Shown piece after piece: positions 36,801 through 46,800 of a DNA stretch of 64,000 bases. This stretch comes from Phoronis australis (lineage: Eukaryota > Animalia > Phoronida): contig NMRA01000066.1 of NCBI GenBank assembly GCA_002633005.1, positions 506,940 through 570,939 on the forward strand. Reading direction: 5' to 3'. The notes below the pieces were generated by a model. It had not been told where the DNA came from, ran no database searches, and saw nothing but the letters and a program-made list of their open reading frames with translations. Position 1 is the stretch's first letter, and every line of letters begins with the position of its first letter. The translations under genes and the position numbers were made by a program.

Positions 36801-39682
36801 AAAAAAGGTAGTGTTTTATAGCTCGTAAAAGTCGGTTTAAACATTTTAGCTCCTATAAACTCACCTTTTGAAAAAAATACAACTTGATTTGTTGTTTTAA
36901 TTGTGACCATTTAGCATTATAAAACTCGACTTGTTTTTTGTCAGATTACAAGTGTTTCATGTACTTGAGAGGAACTTACACTTTTGTTGTTGTTTGAGGC
37001 CATGTTTGACCATAGATTATAGACAACAGATTCGCAACTCCGACATTTTCTTCCGTGCTATCCAAGAGGAGGCGCCACTAACCTAAATTATCTGGTGCAG
37101 CTTCTGGTTAGTTTTTTTGACGGGAAATTCTCGCATCTACTTTTTACTGTCTAGTACAACGAAAAATAAATAAATTCGATATTGAAACGCTTTTCAAAGT
37201 CTTTCAATAGTAGAAGTGTTGGTATCTTGAGTACTTTTGGCAATGCTACTGGTAATTAATTACAAAATTTAAACTTCGGTGCCGACTGATTGTGTCGTCT
37301 GCTTGCACAATAGCAGCATAGTTATCGGACAGTTTGTGATTCATAGAACTTTTGGTTTTTACAATGCGTTAATCGTGTTGAATGTATTTATATTAAGTGG
37401 CCTCATTGAGTTGAACAGAAAATAAATTAAATGTAACAAAATAAAGTTTTGAAAATAAATAGAGCAGTAACAAGACTCCGTAAGAATCAAGCTTGTTTTC
37501 GAAAACTTTTCGCCAATTGGTGATCTCATGCACTTACGGCAAGAAAATGATAGACCGAGTATTGTGCACGTGTGTACTGTAGCAACACTTTGTATCTTAT
37601 TCTGATTTTGCTGATACAGTAAATTTCCTTATTTATTCCCATCCTGATTTGGCCGCAACTCGGAGGCGTTTGAGGAAAATGGGAGAATGCAATCAGTTTT
37701 GTCTCTTTGTAGTTCGCCTGAGGAAGATACTGGACAGCGAACACCCTCTCATGTTGTGCTTAAACTGGGGTCATGAAGTGAGCGGACACAAGAGGTTCGT
37801 CTTGCAGGAGAACGAAACAGGGGAGATAATGGTAAGGGCAATGTTATTTTACTTTAAAATTTAGAATGTATGTATCAGATTCTGCTTATACTGTTGAAAG
37901 ACTTCAGTACTGTATAGTATTTTTCGAAATGAGTTGGACAGACTCCAGCAGAACTTTGATACATTTCGTGCCAGAGATATTTAGCTATAAAACTTCAGTC
38001 ACAGTAGAATATCAGTGTTTTTGTAGGTGCTTCTGTGTTTTCTTTTGAATGACCTGGATTTATTGTTAACCAGATTGCAATAAGTCACCTCGCTAGACAC
38101 AGTAAGGTTTTCACAGAATGTACATGAAGCTGTGCTGATCTTCACACTGTTGTTGTAACATTTTATTGTTTCGTAACTCATGTTGATCCTAATTTGTATT
38201 TGGTTTCAGAACTAGAAATTTGATTACTTTCCGCACTCATTTTCGAGTCAGTTCTTTATCTGTATTGAAGGCACTAACACGGTTCTACTTTTGTTGGTAT
38301 CGGCCATCTGTCTGTAGTCCATTGTTACCATTCTGGCAATTGACCTTATCGCAAGCTCCGTCTCTTGCTCAATGTCAACAAACAAACATTAAGTTTTACC
38401 CTGCAACGTGTTGTTTGTCGGGTAAAAAGGCGGCTTGGAAACGAAGCTGTGTCAAGAATGCTGCGTTCTGATTGGTCAGTTAAGCGGTCATTCAAAATTC
38501 TGGTGATAGGTCAATTGATTCGTAGTAGGAGTGGAGACAGGAATTTTCTAATAATTAGACGACGAATGTATGACGGAGGGGATCGAGGTTACTGCGGTAG
38601 AACACGTTGCATTTACATTTTGTAAGGCATGAGCTCAGTTAGGGAAGAACTTAAATACCAAACATAATTCCGTCTTGGGCCTCAAAGTGAGCTGTTGACC
38701 TAATTTTGTAAGAGCATTGAAGGTGACTACCTGCACGACTCGAAATTTCCATTGCGGTTGGATAACAAATAGCAACGCAGTTTCATCGACCAAAGCATAC
38801 TAAGTTGTCATGATTTCAGTAATGTGGACCACACTCAGGCAGAGTTCATTAAAAAGTTAGGAACAAAACTGTTGAAGATTTATGTTCGACAGAATTAAAA
38901 TCTGTTTTAATTGCAGTAATAAAACGGATATTCAGTCACATATTCAAGTGTGAAAGCTTTGTCAAAGTTTGACCTGGTACAGTTTAGTTTGAAGTCAAAT
39001 ATAGGTGGCTTTCCATACATTTCTAGGGAGAACTTTGACCAGATAAGCAAATGTTTTGGGGGCGTCATAGGGTATTGTATATGTAATAAACATTTGATAG
39101 AAAAATCTGTATTGAATTCTTACTCTTTTCAAATTTTGCCATGTAGTTATAAAACACAATTCCTGCAGCTTTGCTTCTAAGGGATTGCAAATTGGTGTCC
39201 TGTCTGCACAGCTGGGTGTTATAAGCTTCACTGTGGTCAGCTATTTAGCGGCATGTTCAAACATTGCTGTCTATCGACAGGATCTAAAGGTGTGACATAG
39301 ACACACCACTGTTTTAATGACTTTGAATTGTAACAGTTAATTAGCAAAGTCAAATTCACAGCCCTCAAGGTACACTGGTTCACATATCATATTCCTGTCT
39401 CGTAAGTTCATTGTCTATCTGTTCCAAGAAGCAACAAGAATCCTGTAGTATTTTAGTTACCTCTTACGCATATTGTTTTCCCACTAATAGAGGAATTATG
39501 ATCTCCATTTTCAGTGGGAGGCTTTCAGCATCCCGGAACTACAGAACTTCCTCAAGATCCTGGAGCTAGAAGAGACCGAGTGCGTGAAGGAAATCAAAAA
39601 CAAGTACATGATTCAACGAAAACACATGCAGGAACTGATGAGCGAATACGAGCAGAAACAAGACAAGAAAGAACGGACATAG
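5494..39682 (+). CDS. RASSF1: RASSF1/3/5-family Ras-association domain protein, spliced gene model (partial C1, RA and SARAH domains; about 745 aa)
   Basis: Seven exons join in frame by manual splicing: 1372+149+123+197+110+119+168 = 2238 nt, 746 codons including the stop. All introns are GT-AG with matching phases. RA motifs (GFIHV.MNLSRPI, SFYLPKD, DNPRKFALYE, FVLQENETGEI) and the SARAH motif (WEAFSIPELQNFLKILELEE) match recalled human RASSF1/3/5. The link to the first exon is less certain than the six downstream exons. Confidence 0.9.
10143..10564. mobile_element. Degenerate MITE with PIF/Harbinger-like termini
   Basis: Left end GTGCCGTTTACAC...CTGACACGGA; reverse complement of right end GTCCCGTTTAGAC...CTGACACGGA. 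Flanked by TAT on both sides. Confidence 0.5.
10758..11158. mobile_element. Harbinger-like MITE with long imperfect TIRs and a CAG target-site duplication
   Basis: GGCCCGGTCTC.AATCTTT.TACTC.AAATG is inverted at both ends, with pairing extending over 100 bp. CAG at 10755-10757 and 11159-11161. Confidence 0.8.
14027..14991. repeat. Near-identical tandem duplication of about 480 bp (14027-14508 and 14510-14991) flanking a single N; probable assembly artefact
   Basis: Junction at the N at 14509; only a few substitutions between copies. Confidence 0.9.
16390..16627. mobile_element. Diverged inverted copy of the 30590-30834 MITE family
   Basis: Shares GCGGACAAAAA, GTCTGGTGGTAG and GCCATATTGTGTCCTAAATTG with the reverse complement of 30590-30834. 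Confidence 0.65.
18693..18875. repeat. Minisatellite, about 10 copies of the 18-bp unit GTCTCATAACTGTGTACC
   Basis: Tandem units are directly visible and explain the periodic ORFs on both strands. Confidence 0.95.
18950..19443. mobile_element. Harbinger-like MITE, copy 1 (same family as 31734-32241)
   Basis: Termini AGGTCTTATCATACTGAC and GTTAGTATGAAAGGCCCT; internal repeated GTTCATACTG; collinear with copy 2 along its length. Confidence 0.8.
24026..24119 (+). CDS. Candidate alternative first coding exon of RASSF encoding a hydrophobic peptide (MVSLTSAFFYYWIFLIGVDKLTQLAIWLFGL)
   Basis: ATG-initiated 31 codons plus 1 nt, ending at a possible donor T|GTTAGT in phase 1, compatible with acceptor 26456. 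No homology support. Confidence 0.3.
25764..25915. mobile_element. hAT-type MITE (152 bp) with a perfect 8-bp TSD
   Basis: TIRs CAGTGCTGTAGTGG and CCACTACAACACTG; AATCCGGG duplicated at 25756-25763 and 25916-25923. Confidence 0.88.
26456..26604 (+). CDS. RASSF1: RASSF exon encoding the C-terminal half of the C1 zinc finger (xCGYTCHHKCQKSVTLDCSGG...SHTDK)
   Basis: Acceptor tttcgttccag, donor AAG|GTGAGT; 149 nt, phase 1 to 0. Resembles recalled human RASSF1A CKFTCHYRCRALVCLDC. Confidence 0.88.
27182..27318. mobile_element. Short hAT-like MITE
   Basis: TAGGGTCTAATCCCTGCACTCAAATCT versus reverse-complemented right end CAGGGTCTAATCTCCGAACTCAAAACT; no clear TSD. Confidence 0.6.
30590..30834. mobile_element. 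Tc1/mariner (pogo/Tigger-like) MITE with TA flanks
   Basis: TA|TGGTAAAGTCTCGCCAATTTAGGACA ... TGTCCGCAGTTGGTGAGGTTTTACCA|TA; an inverted, diverged copy lies at about 16390-16627. Confidence 0.7.
31734..32241. mobile_element. Harbinger-like MITE, copy 2
   Basis: Termini AGGGCCCTTTCATATTGAC and GTTAGTATGAAAGGCCCT; homologous to 18950-19443. Confidence 0.8.
32503..32577 (+). repeat. Degenerate tRNA-like (SINE head) fragment
   Basis: A-box-like TTTAGCTCCAGTAA and B-box-like GAGTTTGATTCCC at tRNA-like spacing; does not form a clean cloverleaf. Confidence 0.3.
33142..33264 (+). CDS. RASSF1: Second identical copy of the 123-nt RASSF pre-RA exon, probably the other haplotype (assembly duplication)
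   Basis: Same sequence and splice sites as 33880-34002. It lies inside the duplication flanking the N at 33364. Confidence 0.5.
33880..34002 (+). CDS. RASSF1: RASSF pre-RA exon (CETDSGYSGSGGKGERTLTRDDLKRSIWLFNERFPNLGMTM)
   Basis: Pyrimidine tract plus tag acceptor, donor ATG|GTAAGG; 123 nt, phase 0 to 0. Aligns with recalled RASSF1 LSQAEIEQKIKEYNAQINSNLFMSL. Confidence 0.85.
34786..34982 (+). CDS. RASSF1: RASSF RA-domain exon (PDDENTFHGFIHVNMNLSRPINM...SFYLPKDTLKALHIS)
   Basis: Acceptor cttctttcag, donor CAG|GTAAGT; 197 nt, phase 0 to 2. Contains hallmark RASSF1/3/5 RA motifs. Confidence 0.93.
34960..35153 (+). repeat. Tandem repeat of a 63-bp unit (three copies) spanning the RA exon / intron boundary
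   Basis: CTCAARGCACTCC.TATCTCC starts at 34960, 35023 and 35086, with a trace at 35150. Confidence 0.9.
35667..35776 (+). CDS. RASSF1: RASSF RA-domain exon (CTTAQEVIEVLLNKFKITDNPRKFALYEQTLEKSSE)
   Basis: Acceptor tatatttag, donor AAG|GTGGGT; 110 nt, phase 2 to 1. Matches recalled EVIEALLRKFLVVDDPRKFALFE. Confidence 0.93.
37713..37831 (+). CDS. RASSF1: RASSF RA-domain C-terminal exon (VRLRKILDSEHPLMLCLNWGHEVSGHKRFVLQENETGEIM)
   Basis: Acceptor tctctttgtag, donor ATG|GTAAGG; 119 nt, phase 1 to 0. Confidence 0.92.
39515..39682 (+). CDS. RASSF1: RASSF terminal exon, SARAH domain (WEAFSIPELQNFLKILELEETECVKEIKNKY...KKERT*)
   Basis: Acceptor ccattttcag; 168 nt ending in TAG at 39680-39682. Matches recalled WDAFSMPELHNFLRILQREE. 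Confidence 0.93.
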   Translation, partial: WEAFSIPELQNFLKILELEETECVKEIKNKYMIQRKHMQELMSEYEQKQDKKERT

Positions 39683-40789
39683 TCTTCCATCATACACGGG
39701 ACATAGATTTCGCTAGATTGTTTTTTTCTCTGCCAGCTCACTGTCAAAAACATGTGCACACTGTCATAGTCACGGGAGGTGGGCAAAATGAGGCCACGGC
39801 CCCTCCTTCATTGTAAAAAAGTCCTCTGCTTGATGGAAACTCAGTTCAAATTAATTGCATTGTTCATTGTTATATCCACAGGTTGCCACTCATCCCCCCC
39901 CCCTCAGTCATCAACAATTTCGCATTTGCCCCCTCCCCCGTTGAATACTTCTGGCTATGCCAGTGCGTGTGCATTTATAGAGCATTTCGGTGTTTGAAGC
40001 AGTGCTCTCACTGAAGAATTTGTTGTTTGAAACAGTGTTCCGAGACAGTATGGGACTATTTGTGTTGATTGTTAATTCACAGACAGCGTGAACACTTGCA
40101 TGTTTGTGAGCATTTCATAGTTTGATGCACATTGCCTTTTGGTGGTTTCCTGTTGTATACCGATTGGTCCACGACGACGACTTGGGATGGGATCTTCCAC
40201 CAAGTACCCGAAGAGTTGCACGTTTGTCGCGGAATTCATGGCTCAGCTCGAGATTCCTGAAGAGAATTTTTTTTGTTTTACGTACAGATTGGTTCTTGGT
40301 GACATTGATGGTGCTGCTGCAGAAATGTCGTGGATTAGTTGAAATAGTTTTGAGCGCAATGTGGAGAACTGTGGTGTTGAAGTTGCTGAGTAGCATTATT
40401 GAATATTGAAGATTTTTGAGTTTATTTATTTTGATGCCCCTCAAAAAGTTCTTTTGTTAAGAATAATGATTGTTTGTCGTGTTTAGAAATCCGTAATATT
40501 CTGACATGTGTTCGAGGACACGTTTCAGATGTATTCCTGAAGCATTAGCAGATTGACTGAAACAGTTTGCAGTTGTTTACGAAAAATCATGCCTGTAATT
40601 TTGACTGTGTTTGTATTTTTAAGTATTTATCAAGTCTTGCAGTCAATATATCAGTTAAGTGTACAAAGCACATTTTGATGACTGTATTGTGGTTCTGTGG
40701 TTCACAATGTTGTTATAACAAATATTGGGAATACCATACTTAGTTTTCTTTTAAATGTCAGCTAAGCAGTTGGTGTACAGTACTTTATA

Positions 40790-40819
40790 CAGTACAAGAC
40801 AAAAGTAATCGGACAAAAT
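40790..40819 (+). mobile_element. Tc1-like TIR fragment; second copy at 12104-12133
   Basis: TA|CARTACAAGACAAAAGTAATCGGACAAAAT occurs at both loci (29 of 30 identical), each preceded by TA. Confidence 0.55.
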
Positions 40820-42535
40820 ACCATTTCAATTTCATAACCGCTCTGACATTTCGAGCAAAAATCATGACTGAATTTTCCTCTTATTTGGTTTCCAGTTTCC
40901 TCTTTTTTCATCTTTTTTATCATTATTATTTTGACTTTATTCACAAAAAAATGTTCATTTCTCTTGGATTCTACAACACCAAAAATATTTCTATCACGCA
41001 AGCCTATTTATTTGTGGACTGATACATCACCTGTAAAATTTTACTTTTTTTGCCATTGGTCATTCCAAGCCCTGAAAAATGTCTGGTAATAACCATTGTG
41101 ACAACAAAATTGTAATTGCAGAATAATCGAGCCATCTTAATTTTCTGGTTAATTCTCCTTCATCCTCAGTCATTACGGAAAGTGAAGCTAATTATAAATT
41201 ATGCTTCTATGTAGCCGTTGTTAGGGAAGGGGGTCGGGGATTTCGAGTCACTTTGTCTGTCATACCTTTGGTATTTACCGTAAATGTTTAAATTTGTTAA
41301 TAATACGGTGTACCCCATGCTAAAAGGCCAAATTAATCGATCATTGCGTTACTCAGTTTAAATGCTTGGACGTCTGTTTGTGGAAGGGTAATTTCAAATA
41401 TCTAATTTCACTCGAGACACCGTACTGTTCAGTGGTTCATATTGCAGGGGAGGTTTTAACAACAAAACTTGGGAATAGTTACGTTGAGTGCTACATCAAT
41501 AGATCAAAAACAGCTTGACTTCCATAAAACTTAATTACTTAGTTATTAAGCAAACAATGACACATAAGAGGTCCTTCATAACTGCAAAAAACAAGAAAAT
41601 TTCACTTAATAATTCAAAACTGTGGCCGTTGCAAAATTAACTTTAAGAGACTCGCCATGGTGTGAAAAGGGATGTCAAAAGATAGACCTCGCATGAATAC
41701 CTTCAACAGTCAATAGGAAGACTCCTTAAACTCCCGACTTGGCCACATTGAATTGAGAAATACAAAGTGTCAAATCACGTCCAAGGTCAGTACTCGGACC
41801 TCCTTAGCCATAATCCTGGTTTGGCGACTTCCTTGTTAGAAGGTAGTCTCCTCGGATACTTTACAGCCTAACCATTTGAGTTAGGAATCCATCGGGGCTG
41901 TGATGCATAAACCTTATCAGCTTCATAAGTTAGTTTCATGATGTCTAAAATGGCAACAGTGATGCGTAAAGACGTGGTTGAGACATTTATTTACTATATA
42001 CAGCAATAACGAACTTAGTACAAAACTAACCCTGAACGGAATGATATATTAGACCTGATCAAAATGATGAACACGGATTACACTCATATTCTTGCATCTC
42101 AATTTTCTCCACTTCTTTAAATAATAAAATAAAGGGTGACTGGGAGAAGTTGGCACTTTAACTAAAGGTACAGGTAAACGTGAGACACGGTACATCTAAT
42201 CGCTGAATAGCCAAGTTACGTCAGGTCGGTCCGAATCCGAACATACAATTCAGAGTTGTTGCTCTGGCTAGTTCCTAAACTGCTGTTACTGTATGGCAGG
42301 TCATGAAGTTCAATTTGGAAAAACCAATAATGTAACCATGGCGATATGAAACGACATAATAATAATGATCACAACCAAGTATAGTCGGAGCACGGTAATT
42401 CTATCGATACATACATTTTACAGTCCCAGGTCAAGCACATGGAGGTCAGAAAAACAATTCAGATAGGTACATGCATTGGACACTACTAATTATTTTCTAG
42501 AAAATATATTGTTCATGGCCTCACAATGACGTTGA

Positions 42536-42660
42536 GAAAAAATAAAATCACTTAGAGGGAGACAAATTAGCTGCAGACCCAGGCCTTTATGGAAGTGCTG
42601 GCGAACCAGGCCAAAACATCTTTCACCAACTAATTTGTCTCTCAGGGATTTTATTTTTTC
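42536..42660. repeat. Inverted repeat (hairpin) between the convergent RASSF and TUSC2 3' ends
   Basis: GAAAAAATAAAATC...GAGACAAATTAG pairs with CTAATTTGTCTC...GATTTTATTTTTTC. Confidence 0.75.
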
Positions 42661-43618
42661 CCTACAAATTATTCATCTGACATTTCACACACAGCTTGTC
42701 CACAGAAATAATTCATACAACTTTGTCATAGAATTCACAGATTTACTATACAGTAGGTACATCACTTCATGAAGGGTACATAATACAAAACGGCAACACT
42801 AGGTTGAAGTGGCAGACATACCAATGTTGACTATTGAGTATTGCACATTTTTATAAAACTAATCATGCGCAGCCGCCAACATGGAAAACAGACTGCGTAA
42901 CCATGCTCTGGATCATAGCTTCACATAATGCTCTTGTCTGCCAAGCTAATACGTGGCTTCTTTGGTGAAATCCGAGTAAAACTTCCATAATTGACTTCAA
43001 TCAGGAAACTCCACTATATGAATAACATATCACTAATAAAACGTGTGCACTTAGCCTCTAGTCCTGACATAAACAGTTGTGCCTATAGTCACACGCCAAA
43101 ATAGGCAAAATTTAAGTAAATCAAAGGATGACATGCAAGCTAAACATTTAGAAACAATCTTTTGCAAAAAAATAATTTCAAGCAGCACTGAAAAAAGTGA
43201 TGGGCCGCCCATGTAACACTGCTGATCACGACACATAATTCATGTATATACGTTTCCATGGTGTTTTACAATCCATCCGTGAGGGAAATTTGCAGGAAAG
43301 TGATGACTGGCCACATGGGGCTAATGGCTAATATTGCCACCTGGCTGTAGATAGCAGTACTAACTTCTCAACACATGTTGACAAGGCCAATACTTTTGGT
43401 TTTCATAATGCACAAAAGAGAAACTGCTAACAAGGTTCTTCAGTTTGCTAGAGACAAGTTGAGTGATTCAGACAACAGAAAATCTGGTCTTGAAGACTTT
43501 TTGGCCACACAAACCTATTAAACCGGATATGAGTTACAACCTAGGAATGAAATCACTACAATGCCGGAGCACCTAATAGGAATCGCACAAATAACTTTAT
43601 AATTCCTTTGAGCCCTCA

Positions 43619-43814
43619 TCAACTAAATGGCGCATCACAAATGGCTATTGGCAAGTCCACATGAAGCCTGGGGTGAGGCAAGTCCACTTCGCCCTGAGGA
43701 CGGAGGTTTTTCTTACGTTGCTTCATCACCGTAATTGTCTTTGAGCCTTTCTTAAGAGTTTTTTCTTCGTAGAATTCATGGGCCAAGTCCCCTTCTTCAT
43801 CAAAGTACATAGAC
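43619..43814 (-). CDS. TUSC2: TUSC2 terminal coding exon
   Basis: Minus-strand acceptor ccttcgcag|G TCT ATG TAC TTT; conserved DEEGDLAHEFYEE core; TGA stop. Confidence 0.95.
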
Positions 43815-46800
43815 CTGCGAAGGATTGGCAAAAAATATTACTATCGTTGCTTATATTTTGATGTCATTGATAATTATAACATTACTATTGCTGCTGCTAC
43901 AACTACACCAAGCCACCCATCTGTCAGACTTGCAGACAGTACCAACGTACAATGCTACTATAAGTGCATTTTGGAAATTCAGATAAGCTGGAAATTGCCA
44001 TACTTGGATGCCGTTTCTCAGCACAGTTTGATCAGAAAAATCAAAACAAACCAAGTCAAGGCTTGTGCTTGAAAGGTCCATGTGTTATGTGCTTGTATCA
44101 CTACTAGGTGTCAGCCCAAGGACAGATGACACACTACCTTTAAAAGGTGTACTGTAAAGATCAAGGTTACATTGAGCACAACATGAGTGGGTAAATGTGA
44201 GATAAAATGAGAGTAAACAAGTTCATTAAGACAAACCTAACACATATCACCTCCGTTCCAATGACAGTACAACAGCAGTGAATAAGAAATGCCAATCTGC
44301 CTTACTTTCATGACAGCTCATTTTTTAAAAACTTGGGTTACAATCGAAATGGGACGTTCCAATGTAACAGTGCTCAATATAACTTTAAGTGCTCAAAAAG
44401 CATTTTTAGACAGGTAGAGCAACAGCTAACCAACAAATTAAGTAGATGTTCTCGATTCACTCCGTGACATCAATCCCAAAAAAGTCAATGTGACATGTGC
44501 CAGTGTCGCTGTTTGTAACTGACTGCAGTAGAATGATGAACGCATCAACAAGCAAGCAGGTAGAGGTTTTAGGAGTGTGCCCTGCATCATTGGCACAAAA
44601 ATAATTTCATTGACACGCTGTGATTGTTTAGATCCGCCCAACAGGTCAATTAAAATTGAAAGCAGAGTGGATAAAGTACATTTTTGGTCCTCTTCAAATG
44701 CTATTAACACAATTTTGGTAAAAGCCCAGGAATATACCTTTAAGGGTACGCAAGACCCCAAGAAAATGTCCAAATTTGGATAACTTCGTCACATCACATC
44801 TCGGACATGGCTGACTGGATTCATATAAAACTTTCAGAGTCCATGCTCAGTGCAGTGCTCTCTAAAACGTCATTGGGGATTATTTTTAAAATTTTTTACT
44901 TTTGCACGAGCGGCTATCAAAAATAGGACTTCCACGAGTTTTAAGGAAAATTGAAAAGCTGCAGGCAACAAATCCAAACTATAATTTAGAAAAATCATAG
45001 CAGTGCAGCATTCGCCCCTTAGCTTATCACCAAGTCGCATTTGGTGACCTGGCAAAACTCTGAGGTTGCCAAACGAAATCTGAGGTCGCCAAAACTGAAA
45101 ATGAAATCTAAGGTTATCAATCCGCCGCAAAAATCATTGACTGAGGGCATATCGAGCCCAACTTGCGCATACCTTTCCACCTCTCCGTAAATGTACATTC
45201 CTTCTCAAACTCAATTCCTCCCGCAAACGAACTAACATAGAACTCAAATGAACTAATACAGAACACAAATTATCACAGTGCACTGGTGGCGCGTATTTCA
45301 CTGATCTTGTTCAATTTTTGCCAAACAATTCCAACTTCCATCTTCCATCTGTTTGCTGTTGTAATTTAAGCGTGTTCAATGTGTGCTGACTGTTATGGCA
45401 AATGCATCGATTTCAAGACAAAAACGGAACATGTGTGAATCAAAGGTAATGAATCTATGAAACCTGTAAGCAACCTAAAGTTTGAAAGTCAACACAAACT
45501 TTGAAATAAATTTAGGATGAATTGTTAGACTTTGGATACTTGCAATGGCGAATTAGAGGTGACTTGAGATTTTTCCCAGGTCACCTAACGCAATGACGAA
45601 TTAGAGGTGACTGGCTTGTAGGTTGCCAAATCGAACACTGCAGTATTTCTAATATTTGACCTTGAGCATTTTTGGTCATGTTACTATTGTTGTTGTTTTT
45701 GCTTTGAATGTACCTTTCTCTTTTGCTAAATTTTACTGACAAGACATGCTCACATTGCATAACCTCAAAATAAAATTCTACAGGCTTTCTTCTTCATGAA
45801 AATATGTATTCACAGAGTTAAAATCTACAGTTTTGTCGATATTTTGATAAACACAGACTTGTCAATACGGTCCTGCATAACTTAAATTAGTAAGTAAAAG
45901 TTACGCCATTCTTACCCTTGTCGTTTATAAACGAATAACGTGACTCCTCTCGTCGCCACCAGATCTTTTGAGCTATTACTACCACTGGTTTGTGAGCCAC
46001 CCCACCCTGAAGTAAGATAGTTAAAACATACTAATGGTCATTTCCTTCTCAAAACAACCAAATGATTTCTTCTTCACATTCAAATGCAAGAGTGCACAAA
46101 ATAAAACAGTCCGATGTCACCGACTCACAATATGTGACAATAAGTACAGAGAAACTGGAGGGGGCAAGTGCCCTCCAACCCATGAAATTGGGGAGTGTAC
46201 AATAGGAGCAGCATGCAACAGGTGAGAGAGGCCAAAAGTGACATATTCACAGACATTGCAGCATGGCTAGACAATGAGGCACAGACATGGACATCCAAAT
46301 GGTTATACCCTCGTCTCCCAACTGCAGAAAACTTTCCTAAGTCTATACCCTAAATGAAAGTCAACCGATAATAATGTTGAAGTTCAAACTCCACCCACAC
46401 CTCCTTTCCATTGGCTCATTCTGCATTCCATACACACTCATTCTGCATTCCATACACAAAGAGAACTTTAAATTGAGACCACTTACTGCTACACAGATGA
46501 GAAGACATTTTTGATTTTGCAAAGAGCTAACGGTTTTTTATTCCGTGTAACCATCCCCACTAGCCAACATGTGTCAAGTAATCTACACCGGTAATAGGAT
46601 TGAATTTAATTTCTGGTATTAATGAATTGGAAGAGTACTGGTAAAGGATCGCCGAACATCACAGATAACAAAGTTTATTGACAGGTAAGTCTAAACTTGT
46701 TGGCTTTTGGTTTTCAGCATATTTTCCCTCAAAAGTCATCGCCAACTCTTGGCAATACAAATCAGTTGGAAAAGTACACAGGCAGGCACTTGTCGGATGG

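Noticed and set aside
39514-39816. 100-aa ORF-track call overlapping the last RASSF exon
   Set aside because: Wrong frame; the SARAH-coding frame starts at 39515.
43815-43831. ORF-track start MPILRR for the TUSC2-like ORF
   Set aside because: This is intronic sequence before the acceptor at 43814; the real N-terminus comes from the two upstream exons.
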